Positions 35,793 to 45,034 of a stretch of 64,000 nt of DNA are shown here, piece by piece. This DNA is from Candidatus Aldehydirespiratoraceae bacterium. Its GTDB lineage: Bacteria > Actinomycetota > Acidimicrobiia > Acidimicrobiales > Aldehydirespiratoraceae. The position numbers and the translations under genes were made by a program. Under the pieces are notes generated by a model. It did no database searches and was not told the DNA's origin. It saw only the letters and a list, made by a program, of their open reading frames with translations. Every line of letters begins with the position of its first letter. Within the stretch, counting starts at the first letter, position 1. Where the stretch lies: positions 203,480 through 267,479 of the forward strand of contig CBDEVU010000007.1 in NCBI GenBank assembly GCA_965243715.1, written 5' to 3'.

Positions 35793-36920
35793 TCAGCCAT
35801 AGACCTGCTCCAGAGCGCTTAGTGGATCGACATAGTTGAGATTCTGGGCCTGCGCGACATGGCTTTCGGTGACTAGGCCACCGCAGAGGTTCAACCCTCC
35901 TAGCAGATGCGGGTCGGCGAGAAGGGCAGCTTGAGGGCCACGGTCGGCGAGGGCAAGAGTAAACGGCAAGGTCGCGTTGTTGAGGGCGTAGGTAGAGGTA
36001 CGGGGAACGGCGCCGGGCATGTTGGCCACGCAGTAGTGAACGACATCGTCGATGACATAGGTCGGCTCGGCGTGGGTAGTCGGGCGAGACGTCTCAAAGC
36101 ATCCTCCTTGGTCGATGGCCACGTCGACCAAAACCGAACCCGGCTTCATCTGTCTCACCATGTCGGCCGTCACCAACTTAGGGGCGGTCGCCCCCTTCAG
36201 CAGAACCGCTCCGATCACTAGGTCGGCGGCTAGGACTAGCTCCTCGAGCGCACCCCGCGTGGAGTAAACCGTCTCGAGTTCAGCCCCGAAGCGACGGGCC
36301 AGACGATCGAGCACTTCGAGGCTGCGGTCAAGCACCGTGACTTGCGAGCCCAAACCAATGGCCATCTCGATGGCATTCTCGCCGACCACCCCACCGCCGA
36401 TCACCACGGTGAGCGCGGAAGCCACACCGGGGACGCCGCCGAGGAGCAAGCCCGCGCCGCCGTTGGGCGCCTCGAGGCAGGTGGCCCCAGCTTGAATCGA
36501 CATCCGGCCAGCCACCTGGCTCATCGGCGCCAGCAACGGAAGACCGCCCGCCGCGTCGGTCACGGTCTCGTAGGCAATACAGGTCGCCCCGCTCGCCATC
36601 AACTCGTCGGTCTGGGGAACATCGGGAGCCAGATGCAGATAGGCGAAGAGCACTTGATCGCCGCGCAACATTGCCCGTTCCGCCGTTTGGGGTTCCTTGA
36701 CTTTGACGATCATCTCGGCCGCCGTAAACACGGTTGTCGCGTCGGCGCCGATCGTTGCGCCAGCCGTTTGGTAGTCAATGTCTGGAGCCCCGATGCCGAT
36801 GCCCGCTCCGGTCTCAAGCATCACGGAGTGTCCGTGCGCCACCAGTTCGCGAACCCCGGTCGGGGTGAGTCCAACGCGCCGCTCGGCCACTTTGACTTCC
36901 TTAGGCACACCGATTTTCAT
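35793..36920 (-). CDS. ald: alanine dehydrogenase
   Basis: 375 aa with MKIGVPKEVKVAERRVGLTP... and the NAD fold VIGGGVVG. Confidence 0.93.
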   Translation of the reverse strand: MKIGVPKEVKVAERRVGLTPTGVRELVAHGHSVMLETGAGIGIGAPDIDYQTAGATIGADATTVFTAAEMIVKVKEPQTAERAMLRGDQVLFAYLHLAPDVPQTDELMASGATCIAYETVTDAAGGLPLLAPMSQVAGRMSIQAGATCLEAPNGGAGLLLGGVPGVASALTVVIGGGVVGENAIEMAIGLGSQVTVLDRSLEVLDRLARRFGAELETVYSTRGALEELVLAADLVIGAVLLKGATAPKLVTADMVRQMKPGSVLVDVAIDQGGCFETSRPTTHAEPTYVIDDVVHYCVANMPGAVPRTSTYALNNATLPFTLALADRGPQAALLADPHLLGGLNLCGGLVTESHVAQAQNLNYVDPLSALEQVYG

Positions 36921-36981
36921 AAATACTTCTCCCGTGATAGAACAACCGAGGATCTAACCGACCCCGTTCGCAGTTTACTCG

Positions 36982-38169
36982 TCATAGTCGGCGAGGTAGG
37001 TAACTCGACGCCCACGCGGTGACGAGGGCCGCCGCACTTAGCACGAAGTAGAAAACCCAGAACGGGGCGATCAACAGAGTTAGGGCGGCTGCCCCCGGCC
37101 CGGCCATGGAAGACATCTCGCGGTAAGACGAAAATACTGTCATCATCGCCGTGCGTTCGCGTGGCTTCACCGTGCGCATAAAAGGAATATTGCCGAGTAC
37201 ATCGAGCCATGTGGCCCCCAGAGCACCAGTAATCCAAAAGACCATGCCGTACGTTTCTGCTTCTCCCACCGCCCCAAGCGCCGCGGTAGATACTGCTATA
37301 AGCAAGAAGCCGACTACGATGACCGCTCTGGTGCTGGTGCGATCAACGACTCGCAGCACTAACGGACTCAGCAACAACAGGGCCGCGACCACAGCAACAA
37401 TTCCGCCCGCGGTCCACTGCGGCAAGCCTGCCTCCAGCGCGTAAAGCGGGGCGTAGATGAACAGCGAGACCCAAAAGGTCCCCCGCACGAGCGTTATGAG
37501 GTAGGCGATACGAAGGTAGCGCTGGCGAAAGTAGCGTGGGATGTTCTCCAACGGACTCGGCGCTCGACTCTTCGGCGTGGAGAGGGCCGGGTTGTCCCCC
37601 AAGCGGATCACCCAGAAGTAACCCAAGGCCAACAGGGAAACCCCGCCAGAGAGCCAAAATGGCAGGGTTTCGCTCACCTCGGTATAGATAAAGATTGAGA
37701 CCAGCGGCCCAACCATCCAGGCCACCCCGCTGTGGACCATGCGTCGACTCTCGTTTCGAGCCAACTCCCGCTTGCCGATGTAGTCCATGATGAACAGTGA
37801 GATGCACACGGCGAAGATCGCAGCCTCGGCGCTGATCAGTCCAATGGCGAGGGCCAGGGTCGGGCCGTTGGAGACTACCGCTATGAGGTTGGCCCCAACG
37901 AACGCGGCGAACGCCAGCGTTACGACCCACCGCCGAGCCATCCACGACTCGAGGCGCCCCACGTTGAGCGTCGCCGCGAGGGCAATAAACGACCCGGCAA
38001 AAAAGGCGTTCGTTACCGCTGCTTTGGACTCCAAGGCTGAGAGTGCAGCGAGTGGGAGCACGGTGACCGCCATCGACCGGGCGAGCCCCTCCAACCCTCC
38101 GAGCCGGGCCAGCGCACGGCCTCGGTCGTCGCGGATGACTTGGTTAATCGCATGGGGCCGATTGAACAA
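36982..38169 (-). CDS. MFS transporter
   Basis: 395 aa, about 12 hydrophobic helices. Confidence 0.78.
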   Translation of the reverse strand: MFNRPHAINQVIRDDRGRALARLGGLEGLARSMAVTVLPLAALSALESKAAVTNAFFAGSFIALAATLNVGRLESWMARRWVVTLAFAAFVGANLIAVVSNGPTLALAIGLISAEAAIFAVCISLFIMDYIGKRELARNESRRMVHSGVAWMVGPLVSIFIYTEVSETLPFWLSGGVSLLALGYFWVIRLGDNPALSTPKSRAPSPLENIPRYFRQRYLRIAYLITLVRGTFWVSLFIYAPLYALEAGLPQWTAGGIVAVVAALLLLSPLVLRVVDRTSTRAVIVVGFLLIAVSTAALGAVGEAETYGMVFWITGALGATWLDVLGNIPFMRTVKPRERTAMMTVFSSYREMSSMAGPGAAALTLLIAPFWVFYFVLSAAALVTAWASSYLPRRL

Positions 38170-38219
38170 TACGTTCTAGCCCTCTCCGACAGTGTCTGAG
38201 GCGACACGGACGTCACCCA

Positions 38220-41054
38220 CTAGCCGAGGTGATACATCGGCGCGGCGGGCTTGAGCGGTCGGGAATACCACAGCGGACGTCGGAGCCCGTCGGGACCTGG
38301 GGCGGGGCGGGTGTGGGCCATCCAATCGAGGTAAGCCTGTCGTGATTTGGCCGTATCGACCTCCACATCGCCGTACTGATCGTCGGATTCGGCCGGGGTA
38401 ACAGTGACCCGCTGGTGCCAGCAATGCATGCCGGAAACGGGATCGGGTTGCACCGCGAAGGTCAGGTTCTGATGCACTCCCGAATCGTGCCACCAGATGC
38501 GCTCGGTGTCGGCATCGTTGGACTTCCACTTGCGAACCCCGTCGGTACGCCTGAGCTTCCACAACGTAGCGTCCTGAGTTATCTCCGCTTGGCCGGCACC
38601 CCACGAGCGAGCCTGGTCGGTTTCGAGACGCCAGCGGCCCATGTGATGAGAGGCCGCCACCACGCCGGGACGGATGCCTTCGGTGCGCCACGCCCGGATC
38701 ACGAAGTGGCCGATACGGGTGGTGATTCGAACCAGACCGTTCTCGTCGATGTTTAGCTTCTCGGCGTCCTCGGGGTGAATCCAGAGCGGATGACGGTGGC
38801 TCAGTTCGTTAAGCCACTTCGAGTTGCTGGAGCGGGTATGGATCAGCGTGGGGATGCGAAACGTCGGCAACAAGATGCGTTCGTTGCCCGCTAAGTCGAG
38901 AGTTTCATGATGGACGTGGGAAGGAATCCAGGTCGGGGTGGCGTATTCGGGCCAACCCCACTCCTTGAGCGTGGAGGAAAACAGCTCCAACTTGCGAGAC
39001 GGGGTGGGGAATCCTTCCTTGACTTCACCGTCGATCTCAACTCCGGGCGAGCCGTCGCCGAGTGGGGCCAAGGCAATCTCGTCGAGACCCTCAGCCGTTC
39101 CATCCCAAGTGCCGATGGTGCCGGGCTGGCGATAGACACCTTGGTCGTCTTTTACACAACCTTCGATGGCTGCGGGCGAAACGAGGCGCTCATATGGTGT
39201 GACGACATCGCCAGGCACCGCGTAGCTGCCCACGTCGCGCATGTATTCGAGCGGGGTCTTCTCGGCGCGGGCCGCTTCTTGGGCCAGACCGGGCACCGAC
39301 TCGGCAAACAACGTGGCGTAGTACTCGTCGACGGTGATCGGCGTGCCGGGCCGTTCAGTGGACTCAAACCATTGGCGAATACCACGGGCACCGTCGGGAT
39401 CGATGTGCCAGGAAAGGTCGATCAGAAACTCGTTCTCTTCCCAGACCTCGCCCGGGTTGAACTCGTGAGTGCGACTCTCGTGGGTGATTTCTTCGCCGCG
39501 AATTTCGGCGTAGCGCCGCAGCACGGGTTGGCGGAAACCAATCCAGCGGCCCGCGTGGGTCTCGAAGCTGGCCAGATCGTGGCGTTCGGTACCGACTCCC
39601 ATCGGCAGGACGTAATCGGCGAACCAGGCGGTTTCGGACCATGTTGGGGTGAGCGCGACATGGCACTTCACCTTGTTTTGGTCCTTCAACGCCTCCAGCC
39701 AAGTAAACCCGTCCGGGTTGGTCCAGATCGGGTTATAGACGCGGCTGAAGTAGACGTCGAGGCTACCTCGGCCCTCGTTGAGGAAATGAGGCAAGAGGAT
39801 CGACATCTCGTGATGAGAGAGCGGGAACTCCTGGGGCCAGGTCAGTTCGTTCCACTGATGCAACTCCGGCGCCCCTTTGGGTTGGCGGGGCTTGAATTTG
39901 TTCCACCCCGCGCCGCTCGTGCCACCCACCGTGGCGACCGACCCGGTAAGGACGTTCAGGAAGAACAAACAGCGCGCCGTTTGCCAACCACCCAGGTTGC
40001 CCGCCGCGGAGGCGCGCCAATTGTGGGAGGCAAACTTGGTTGGATGCTCGCCGATGAGTTCGGCGATGTCGCGAATCTGAGCCGCGTTAATGCCACAGAC
40101 TTCCTCGGCCCGCTCTGGGGTGTACTCGGCGTATTCATCGAGCCAGGCTAGTTTCAGCGAAGCAAACTCGACCGGTAGATCGGGGCGGGTCTCGCGCAGG
40201 TAGGTTTCCCAGTTCACCCAGCGGCGCACGAACTCTTGGTGCCAGTCATTACTTTCGATAAGCAACCGGGCGATGGTGAGTAGCAGGAACGGTTCGGTGC
40301 CCGGCCAGGTGGGCAACCAGTGATCGGCCTTGGAGCCAGTGTTTGATAGCCGCGGATCGACACAGATCACTGTGGCGCCCTTGCCTTGAGCTTCGATGAT
40401 GCGTTGGGCGTGCGGGTTGAAGTAGTGACCGGCCTCGAGGTGTGAGGAGATCAAGAAAATGACTTCGGCGTTGGCAAAATCAGCCGACGGACGGTCGTGC
40501 CCCATCCAACTTTGGTAGCCCATACGAGCATTCGACGAGCAGATGTTGGTGTGGCTGTTATGGCCGTCGACGCCCCACGCTTTGAGGACCCGTTCGGCAT
40601 ACCCGTCCTCCCCCGCCCGCCCAACGTGATACATCACGCCGTCGTGGCGGCCAGCGTCTAGCGCCACGCCGATGCGGTGGGCGATGTCGGTGAGTGCTTC
40701 TGACCAGGTCACCTTCTCCCAACGGCCGCTACCGCGCTCGCCGACCCGGCGCAACGGGTGGAGGATGCGTTCGGGGTCATATACCTGATTAAGCGTGGCC
40801 GGACCCTTGGCACAATTGCGGCCCCGACTCGCCGGATGGAGCGGATTACCTTCAATTTTGTCGATCTCGCCGGTGTCGTGATTGACGTAAGCGAGCAGGC
40901 CGCACGCCGCCTCACAGTTGAAGCACGTAGTCGGGATGAGGCAGTGATGCTCTTCGGCCCGGTTAGGCCAAGCCTGTGGGTTGAGGGAGGTGACGTCGTG
41001 CCAATCCTCGTGCGGAGGGTACGGGCGGAGGGGGCCATGATTGAGGTCAGTCAT
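38220..41054 (-). CDS. molybdopterin (bis-MGD) oxidoreductase catalytic subunit, no Tat signal
   Basis: 944 aa with the N-terminal FS0 motif CFNCEAACGL...RGRNCAKG. An in-frame TAG lies 5 codons upstream of the ATG, which leaves no room for a twin-arginine leader. Confidence 0.86.
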   Translation of the reverse strand: MTDLNHGPLRPYPPHEDWHDVTSLNPQAWPNRAEEHHCLIPTTCFNCEAACGLLAYVNHDTGEIDKIEGNPLHPASRGRNCAKGPATLNQVYDPERILHPLRRVGERGSGRWEKVTWSEALTDIAHRIGVALDAGRHDGVMYHVGRAGEDGYAERVLKAWGVDGHNSHTNICSSNARMGYQSWMGHDRPSADFANAEVIFLISSHLEAGHYFNPHAQRIIEAQGKGATVICVDPRLSNTGSKADHWLPTWPGTEPFLLLTIARLLIESNDWHQEFVRRWVNWETYLRETRPDLPVEFASLKLAWLDEYAEYTPERAEEVCGINAAQIRDIAELIGEHPTKFASHNWRASAAGNLGGWQTARCLFFLNVLTGSVATVGGTSGAGWNKFKPRQPKGAPELHQWNELTWPQEFPLSHHEMSILLPHFLNEGRGSLDVYFSRVYNPIWTNPDGFTWLEALKDQNKVKCHVALTPTWSETAWFADYVLPMGVGTERHDLASFETHAGRWIGFRQPVLRRYAEIRGEEITHESRTHEFNPGEVWEENEFLIDLSWHIDPDGARGIRQWFESTERPGTPITVDEYYATLFAESVPGLAQEAARAEKTPLEYMRDVGSYAVPGDVVTPYERLVSPAAIEGCVKDDQGVYRQPGTIGTWDGTAEGLDEIALAPLGDGSPGVEIDGEVKEGFPTPSRKLELFSSTLKEWGWPEYATPTWIPSHVHHETLDLAGNERILLPTFRIPTLIHTRSSNSKWLNELSHRHPLWIHPEDAEKLNIDENGLVRITTRIGHFVIRAWRTEGIRPGVVAASHHMGRWRLETDQARSWGAGQAEITQDATLWKLRRTDGVRKWKSNDADTERIWWHDSGVHQNLTFAVQPDPVSGMHCWHQRVTVTPAESDDQYGDVEVDTAKSRQAYLDWMAHTRPAPGPDGLRRPLWYSRPLKPAAPMYHLG

Positions 41055-41069
41055 CAGGGTGGAGGACTC

Positions 41070-42581
41070 CTAGGAAAGCGGCACGGACTGACCGGCGCGA
41101 ACGAATGAATCTTCATACGACCACATTCCGCCGATCGCCGCGATACCCGCTGCAGCAGGCAGGAGCGGTCCCGATTCGGTGATGAGGGTAATAATGACGA
41201 GGGCGGCGGGCAGGAGCAAGCCGACTAGGACGCCGATACGGAACCGAGTGCGGTAGGTGCCAGCCGTCATCTGATGAATCGCCGCCTCAACGTGGGGCGT
41301 ACCCGCTGAGCTGACTTCCACAGCAACTAGCGAAGCGGTGGCGAGGGCGCCGCCCAGCAACGACCAGCGAACCGGGTTGGTGGCGGGCAGGTCCATGAAC
41401 AGGTCCATGATCGCGTAGCTCGCGCCTCCCGCTGTCACCGTCTGCGCCAGCAATGTCGGCAACAAGAGCGGGGTCTGCCACAAATCTCGGCCCTCACACT
41501 GGCCAAACAACATGGCGGTGTAGCCCGCGGTACCTGCCGCGAGCACCACTGTGGGGATAGCGATGACCTTGATCAAAGTCTCGTTCTCGGTGAGTCCCGC
41601 TACCCACCAAACGGCAACGCAGAGGGCAAAACCCATAAGAATATACGCCCCCTTGACCAGCCAGGATTCCCAACTGCCTCTAGTGATGAGGTAATGGAAA
41701 CGGGTGGGCTGCTTGAGGTCGGCGATCAACAAGATGCCGGTGAGGCCGAGGAAGGCGCCCGCGATCATCGGGGGAACTATCCCCACGGCGGCCTGTTCGC
41801 GACCGTGTCCCATAAGGACGAACAGGGCGGCCACCAACATGACCCCCGCGGCGATACCTTTGGTGACGAGATAGCCCGAGACTTTCGCTTTCCAAGTCAT
41901 CGGGTGTGGGGTGGTGTAGGCGGTGCGAGCAATCACCCCAGGTGACCCCACGGGCATAGTCGGGTGATGGGGAGTAGTGTCGGCCCAGATCAGGCCATCG
42001 TTGGCGATAGCGGTCCGGAGGGGATTGAGCGACGCCTGATCGGCGCCACGGTAGTACACCTTCGGATTCGTCCCCTGTTCGGGTGAGCGCACGGCAACAT
42101 CTTCGCTAGCAATGATCTTGGTGGCCTCGTTGAACGGATTATCGAGATCGGCGACCACGATGGCGTGGGTGGGACAGACCACAACGCACGATGGCTCAAG
42201 GCCGACCTCCACCCGGTGGTTGCAGAAGTTGCACTTCTGGGCTGTGTTGGTGGCCGGATTGATGTACAGCGCGTCGTAGGGACAGGCGTTCATGCAACCC
42301 TTGCAACCAATGCAGTGATCGTCGTTGAAGTCGACCACGCCGTTATCGGCTCGGTAAAGTGCGTTGGTCGGACAAATCGACATGCATGGGGCGTCTTCGC
42401 ATTGGTTGCAGCGCATGACCGAGAAGTGGCGGCTGACGTTCGGGAAGGAACCCGTCTCTATGTATTTTACCCAGGTGCGGTTCACCCCTAGGGGTACATC
42501 GTGTTCGCTTTTGCACGCCACAGTGCAAGCGTGACAGCCAATGCACGATTCGCTGTCTAGTAGGAATCCCAGTCTGGTCAC
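41070..42581 (-). CDS. fused 4x[4Fe-4S] ferredoxin (NrfC/PsrB-like) + NrfD/PsrC-like polytopic membrane anchor
   Basis: 503 aa with a GTG start. Four Cys groups are present: CIGCHACTVAC, CNQCEDAPCMSIC, CIGCKGCMNAC and CNFC...CVVVC. About 300 aa of TM helices follow, and there is no signal peptide. Confidence 0.84.
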   Translation of the reverse strand: MTRLGFLLDSESCIGCHACTVACKSEHDVPLGVNRTWVKYIETGSFPNVSRHFSVMRCNQCEDAPCMSICPTNALYRADNGVVDFNDDHCIGCKGCMNACPYDALYINPATNTAQKCNFCNHRVEVGLEPSCVVVCPTHAIVVADLDNPFNEATKIIASEDVAVRSPEQGTNPKVYYRGADQASLNPLRTAIANDGLIWADTTPHHPTMPVGSPGVIARTAYTTPHPMTWKAKVSGYLVTKGIAAGVMLVAALFVLMGHGREQAAVGIVPPMIAGAFLGLTGILLIADLKQPTRFHYLITRGSWESWLVKGAYILMGFALCVAVWWVAGLTENETLIKVIAIPTVVLAAGTAGYTAMLFGQCEGRDLWQTPLLLPTLLAQTVTAGGASYAIMDLFMDLPATNPVRWSLLGGALATASLVAVEVSSAGTPHVEAAIHQMTAGTYRTRFRIGVLVGLLLPAALVIITLITESGPLLPAAAGIAAIGGMWSYEDSFVRAGQSVPLS

Positions 42582-42658
42582 CCGCTCCCCTCCCGTGCCA
42601 ATCCTACCGTACGGTTAGAGACTAGCGCAGTATCGTTAGAGGGTCTAACCGATCGCTC

Positions 42659-43516
42659 TCAACCAGTTCCCCCGAAGGCTAGGAGGGCGGTCGCAACCAT
42701 GGCGGTTACGAAACCCGCTTGGCGAACCGGAGTCAACCGTTCGCCCAAGAAAACCCGGGCCAGGAATACGGTGGCCACCGGATAGAGGGCCGACAGTACA
42801 CCCACGACCGTGAGCGATCCCCGCTGTTGGGCGTAGAGGAAGACGGCGTTCGCCGCGGTGTCGATAAAACCCACCGCTACCACGAGGAGGAGTGACGGGC
42901 GGGCCCGGGGGAACATCTGCCGCCGCTGACTAACAAAAAAGATGACCAGCGCCGACGCTGTCACCAGGCGAGCGCCAACGATCGGCCATGGGGCCGACGC
43001 GGCCTCGGTTTGGGCCAAAATCACGAACATGAAACCGAATCCGACTCCACCCAGCAGGGCCTCGCCGATCCCCGCCATGGTGATGTCGGCGTCGTCGGCC
43101 TCGTCGCCGTTCGTCGACCACGAAACTAGCCCGATAGCCAAGAAGGCAGCGCCAATACCGGCCCAAGCCGCCCAACCGAGCACATCGCCTTCCAGTAGGA
43201 TTCCCCAAAGGGCCGGCACCGCGGCGGCCATGATCGCGGTGAGGGGCGCCACGACACCCATCGGACCCCGGGCCAGCCCGCGGTAAAGCAGAGCTAGGCC
43301 AACAAAACCCGCTATACCGGCGAGGCCACCCCAGCCCACATCGACGGCGCTGAACTTCCCAGCCGCGGCCACCGATACCACGGTGATGCTAGCCAATCCC
43401 ACGATGTGCGACCCGACCATGACCTCGAGGATTTTCAGTCGGCGGCCAAGTACTCCAGCTAGGAAATCACTCGTGCCAAACAAGGCCGCGGTGAGCAGGC
43501 TGAGCAGGGTAACCAC
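42659..43516 (-). CDS. EamA/DMT-family transporter
   Basis: 285 aa with 10 hydrophobic segments and a two-fold EamA repeat pattern. Confidence 0.8.
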   Translation of the reverse strand: MVTLLSLLTAALFGTSDFLAGVLGRRLKILEVMVGSHIVGLASITVVSVAAAGKFSAVDVGWGGLAGIAGFVGLALLYRGLARGPMGVVAPLTAIMAAAVPALWGILLEGDVLGWAAWAGIGAAFLAIGLVSWSTNGDEADDADITMAGIGEALLGGVGFGFMFVILAQTEAASAPWPIVGARLVTASALVIFFVSQRRQMFPRARPSLLLVVAVGFIDTAANAVFLYAQQRGSLTVVGVLSALYPVATVFLARVFLGERLTPVRQAGFVTAMVATALLAFGGTG

Positions 43517-43525
43517 GCCACGAGG

Positions 43526-44269
43526 CTAGGGCGTGGCCGCTACGGCGGCGCCAACAATGCCTGCGTGGGGGCCAAGATGGGCGACCCGGATTGGTTTGTC
43601 GAGGTTTATGTGCATGAAGTAATCATCGAAGGAACCGCTGAGTCCGCCCGCCACTATCCACCGCCGCGGTCTCAGCAGGCGATCAAGTTGGTCAAAATAA
43701 TGCTGGGCGCGGCAGGCCCAATCATGGGGGGTGAGGGCTTGTTCGGTGATCGATCGACCCGAGCAGGTGTGCTCGAACGTGCCGCATGGTCCGCCTAGTT
43801 CGCCGAACTCCGCGTTGGGGATGAGTCGGTCCTCGTGAAGTAAGGCGCTGCCTATGCCGGTGCCAAAGGTCAAGACAAGCGTAAGCCCCGACGTTGGCCC
43901 TAGGCCGTAGTGAATCTCGGCCAAGCCAACGGCGTCGGTGTCGTTCAAAAGAACGGTTCCGGGCCCGAGTTGTTCAACCAGCGGGGTCAGCGCTCCTTGG
44001 CGGGCCCAAGCCTGCGTGAGGTTGGGGGCTCTGCGAAGGCATCCGTCGTCCACGACGCCGGGCAGGGCACAGCCTGCCTGTCCTGCAAAATCGAGGTCGG
44101 CCCGTAGGTTGGCGATCAGCGAAGCGATTGCGGCGGGATCCGCTGTTGGCGGGGTGGGGGCGGTGGCCACGTCGGTGACCAGTGATCCGGTGTCAGTGTC
44201 GACGACGGCGGCTTTGATTGACGTGCCTCCAACGTCGATCCCGAGGCGATGTGAATTGATGGTGTCCAT
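43526..44269 (-). CDS. ppgK: ROK-family sugar kinase (polyphosphate/ATP glucokinase-like)
   Basis: 247 aa with LGIDVGGTSIKAAVVD. It lacks the ROK CxCGxxGC zinc motif, as PpgK-type enzymes do. Confidence 0.75.
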   Translation of the reverse strand: MDTINSHRLGIDVGGTSIKAAVVDTDTGSLVTDVATAPTPPTADPAAIASLIANLRADLDFAGQAGCALPGVVDDGCLRRAPNLTQAWARQGALTPLVEQLGPGTVLLNDTDAVGLAEIHYGLGPTSGLTLVLTFGTGIGSALLHEDRLIPNAEFGELGGPCGTFEHTCSGRSITEQALTPHDWACRAQHYFDQLDRLLRPRRWIVAGGLSGSFDDYFMHINLDKPIRVAHLGPHAGIVGAAVAATP

Positions 44270-44275
44270 TGGCGG

Positions 44276-45034
44276 CTAGACGGTACTTCTCGCGCCGGTA
44301 ATAAAGGCCACCAGGTCGTCTTTGGTGACGTCAGCGACGTCGACCTCAGCTGTCTTGCGGCCTTGATAGAGCACAATTGCCTGATCACACACTGAGGTGA
44401 CTCGGTCCATGTTGTGGGTTATGAGCAGCACCGCGACTCCAGCGTGGCGCAAGTTGCCGATGAGATCGAGGACTCGTTGGGTCTGTTCAACGCCGAGCGC
44501 CGCGGCGGGTTCATCAAGGAGGACGATCTTTTGCCCCCATGTGACGGCACGCCCGATGGCCACGGCTTGACGCTGCCCCCCGGAGAGCGAACCCAGCGAT
44601 CGGTGGAGAGAGGGAAGGCGAATGTCAAGGCGCGAGAGAGTAGCCTCGCAATCGTTGCGCATTTGTTTCTTATCGAGCCAACCAAGTCGAGCGCCTAAGG
44701 TTCCTCCTCTGGTAATTTCGCGGTTCAGATAAAGGTTCTCGGTGACGTTTAGGGTGTCGATAACCGATAGCGCTTGGTGGACTGTCTCGACCCCGAGTTG
44801 GCGTGCGTGTTGTGGCGAGGAGATGCGCTGTTCGGTGCCTTCAATGTTGATGGTGCCGTGGTCAGGTTGGTAAACCCCGGCGAGGCATTTGACCAAAGTT
44901 GACTTTCCGGCTCCGTTATCGCCCAAAAGAGCGGTGACCCGACCGTGGTGGAGTTCGAGAGAGACATCATCGAGAGCTTGAACTGCACGAAACGATTTGA
45001 CGAGACCAGATGCGACCAAGGCTGGTGTGGTCAC
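44276..45034 (-). CDS. ABC transporter ATP-binding protein (single NBD)
   Basis: GDNGAGKST, LSGGQRQ and LLDEP. Confidence 0.9.
   Translation of the reverse strand: MTTPALVASGLVKSFRAVQALDDVSLELHHGRVTALLGDNGAGKSTLVKCLAGVYQPDHGTINIEGTEQRISSPQHARQLGVETVHQALSVIDTLNVTENLYLNREITRGGTLGARLGWLDKKQMRNDCEATLSRLDIRLPSLHRSLGSLSGGQRQAVAIGRAVTWGQKIVLLDEPAAALGVEQTQRVLDLIGNLRHAGVAVLLITHNMDRVTSVCDQAIVLYQGRKTAEVDVADVTKDDLVAFITGARSTV

Noticed and set aside
38176-38691. 171-aa minus-strand ORF overlapping the 3' end of the molybdoenzyme gene
   Set aside because: It is an alternative frame of the same strand inside a gene with strong family motifs, and its product is Arg/Gly/Pro-rich.
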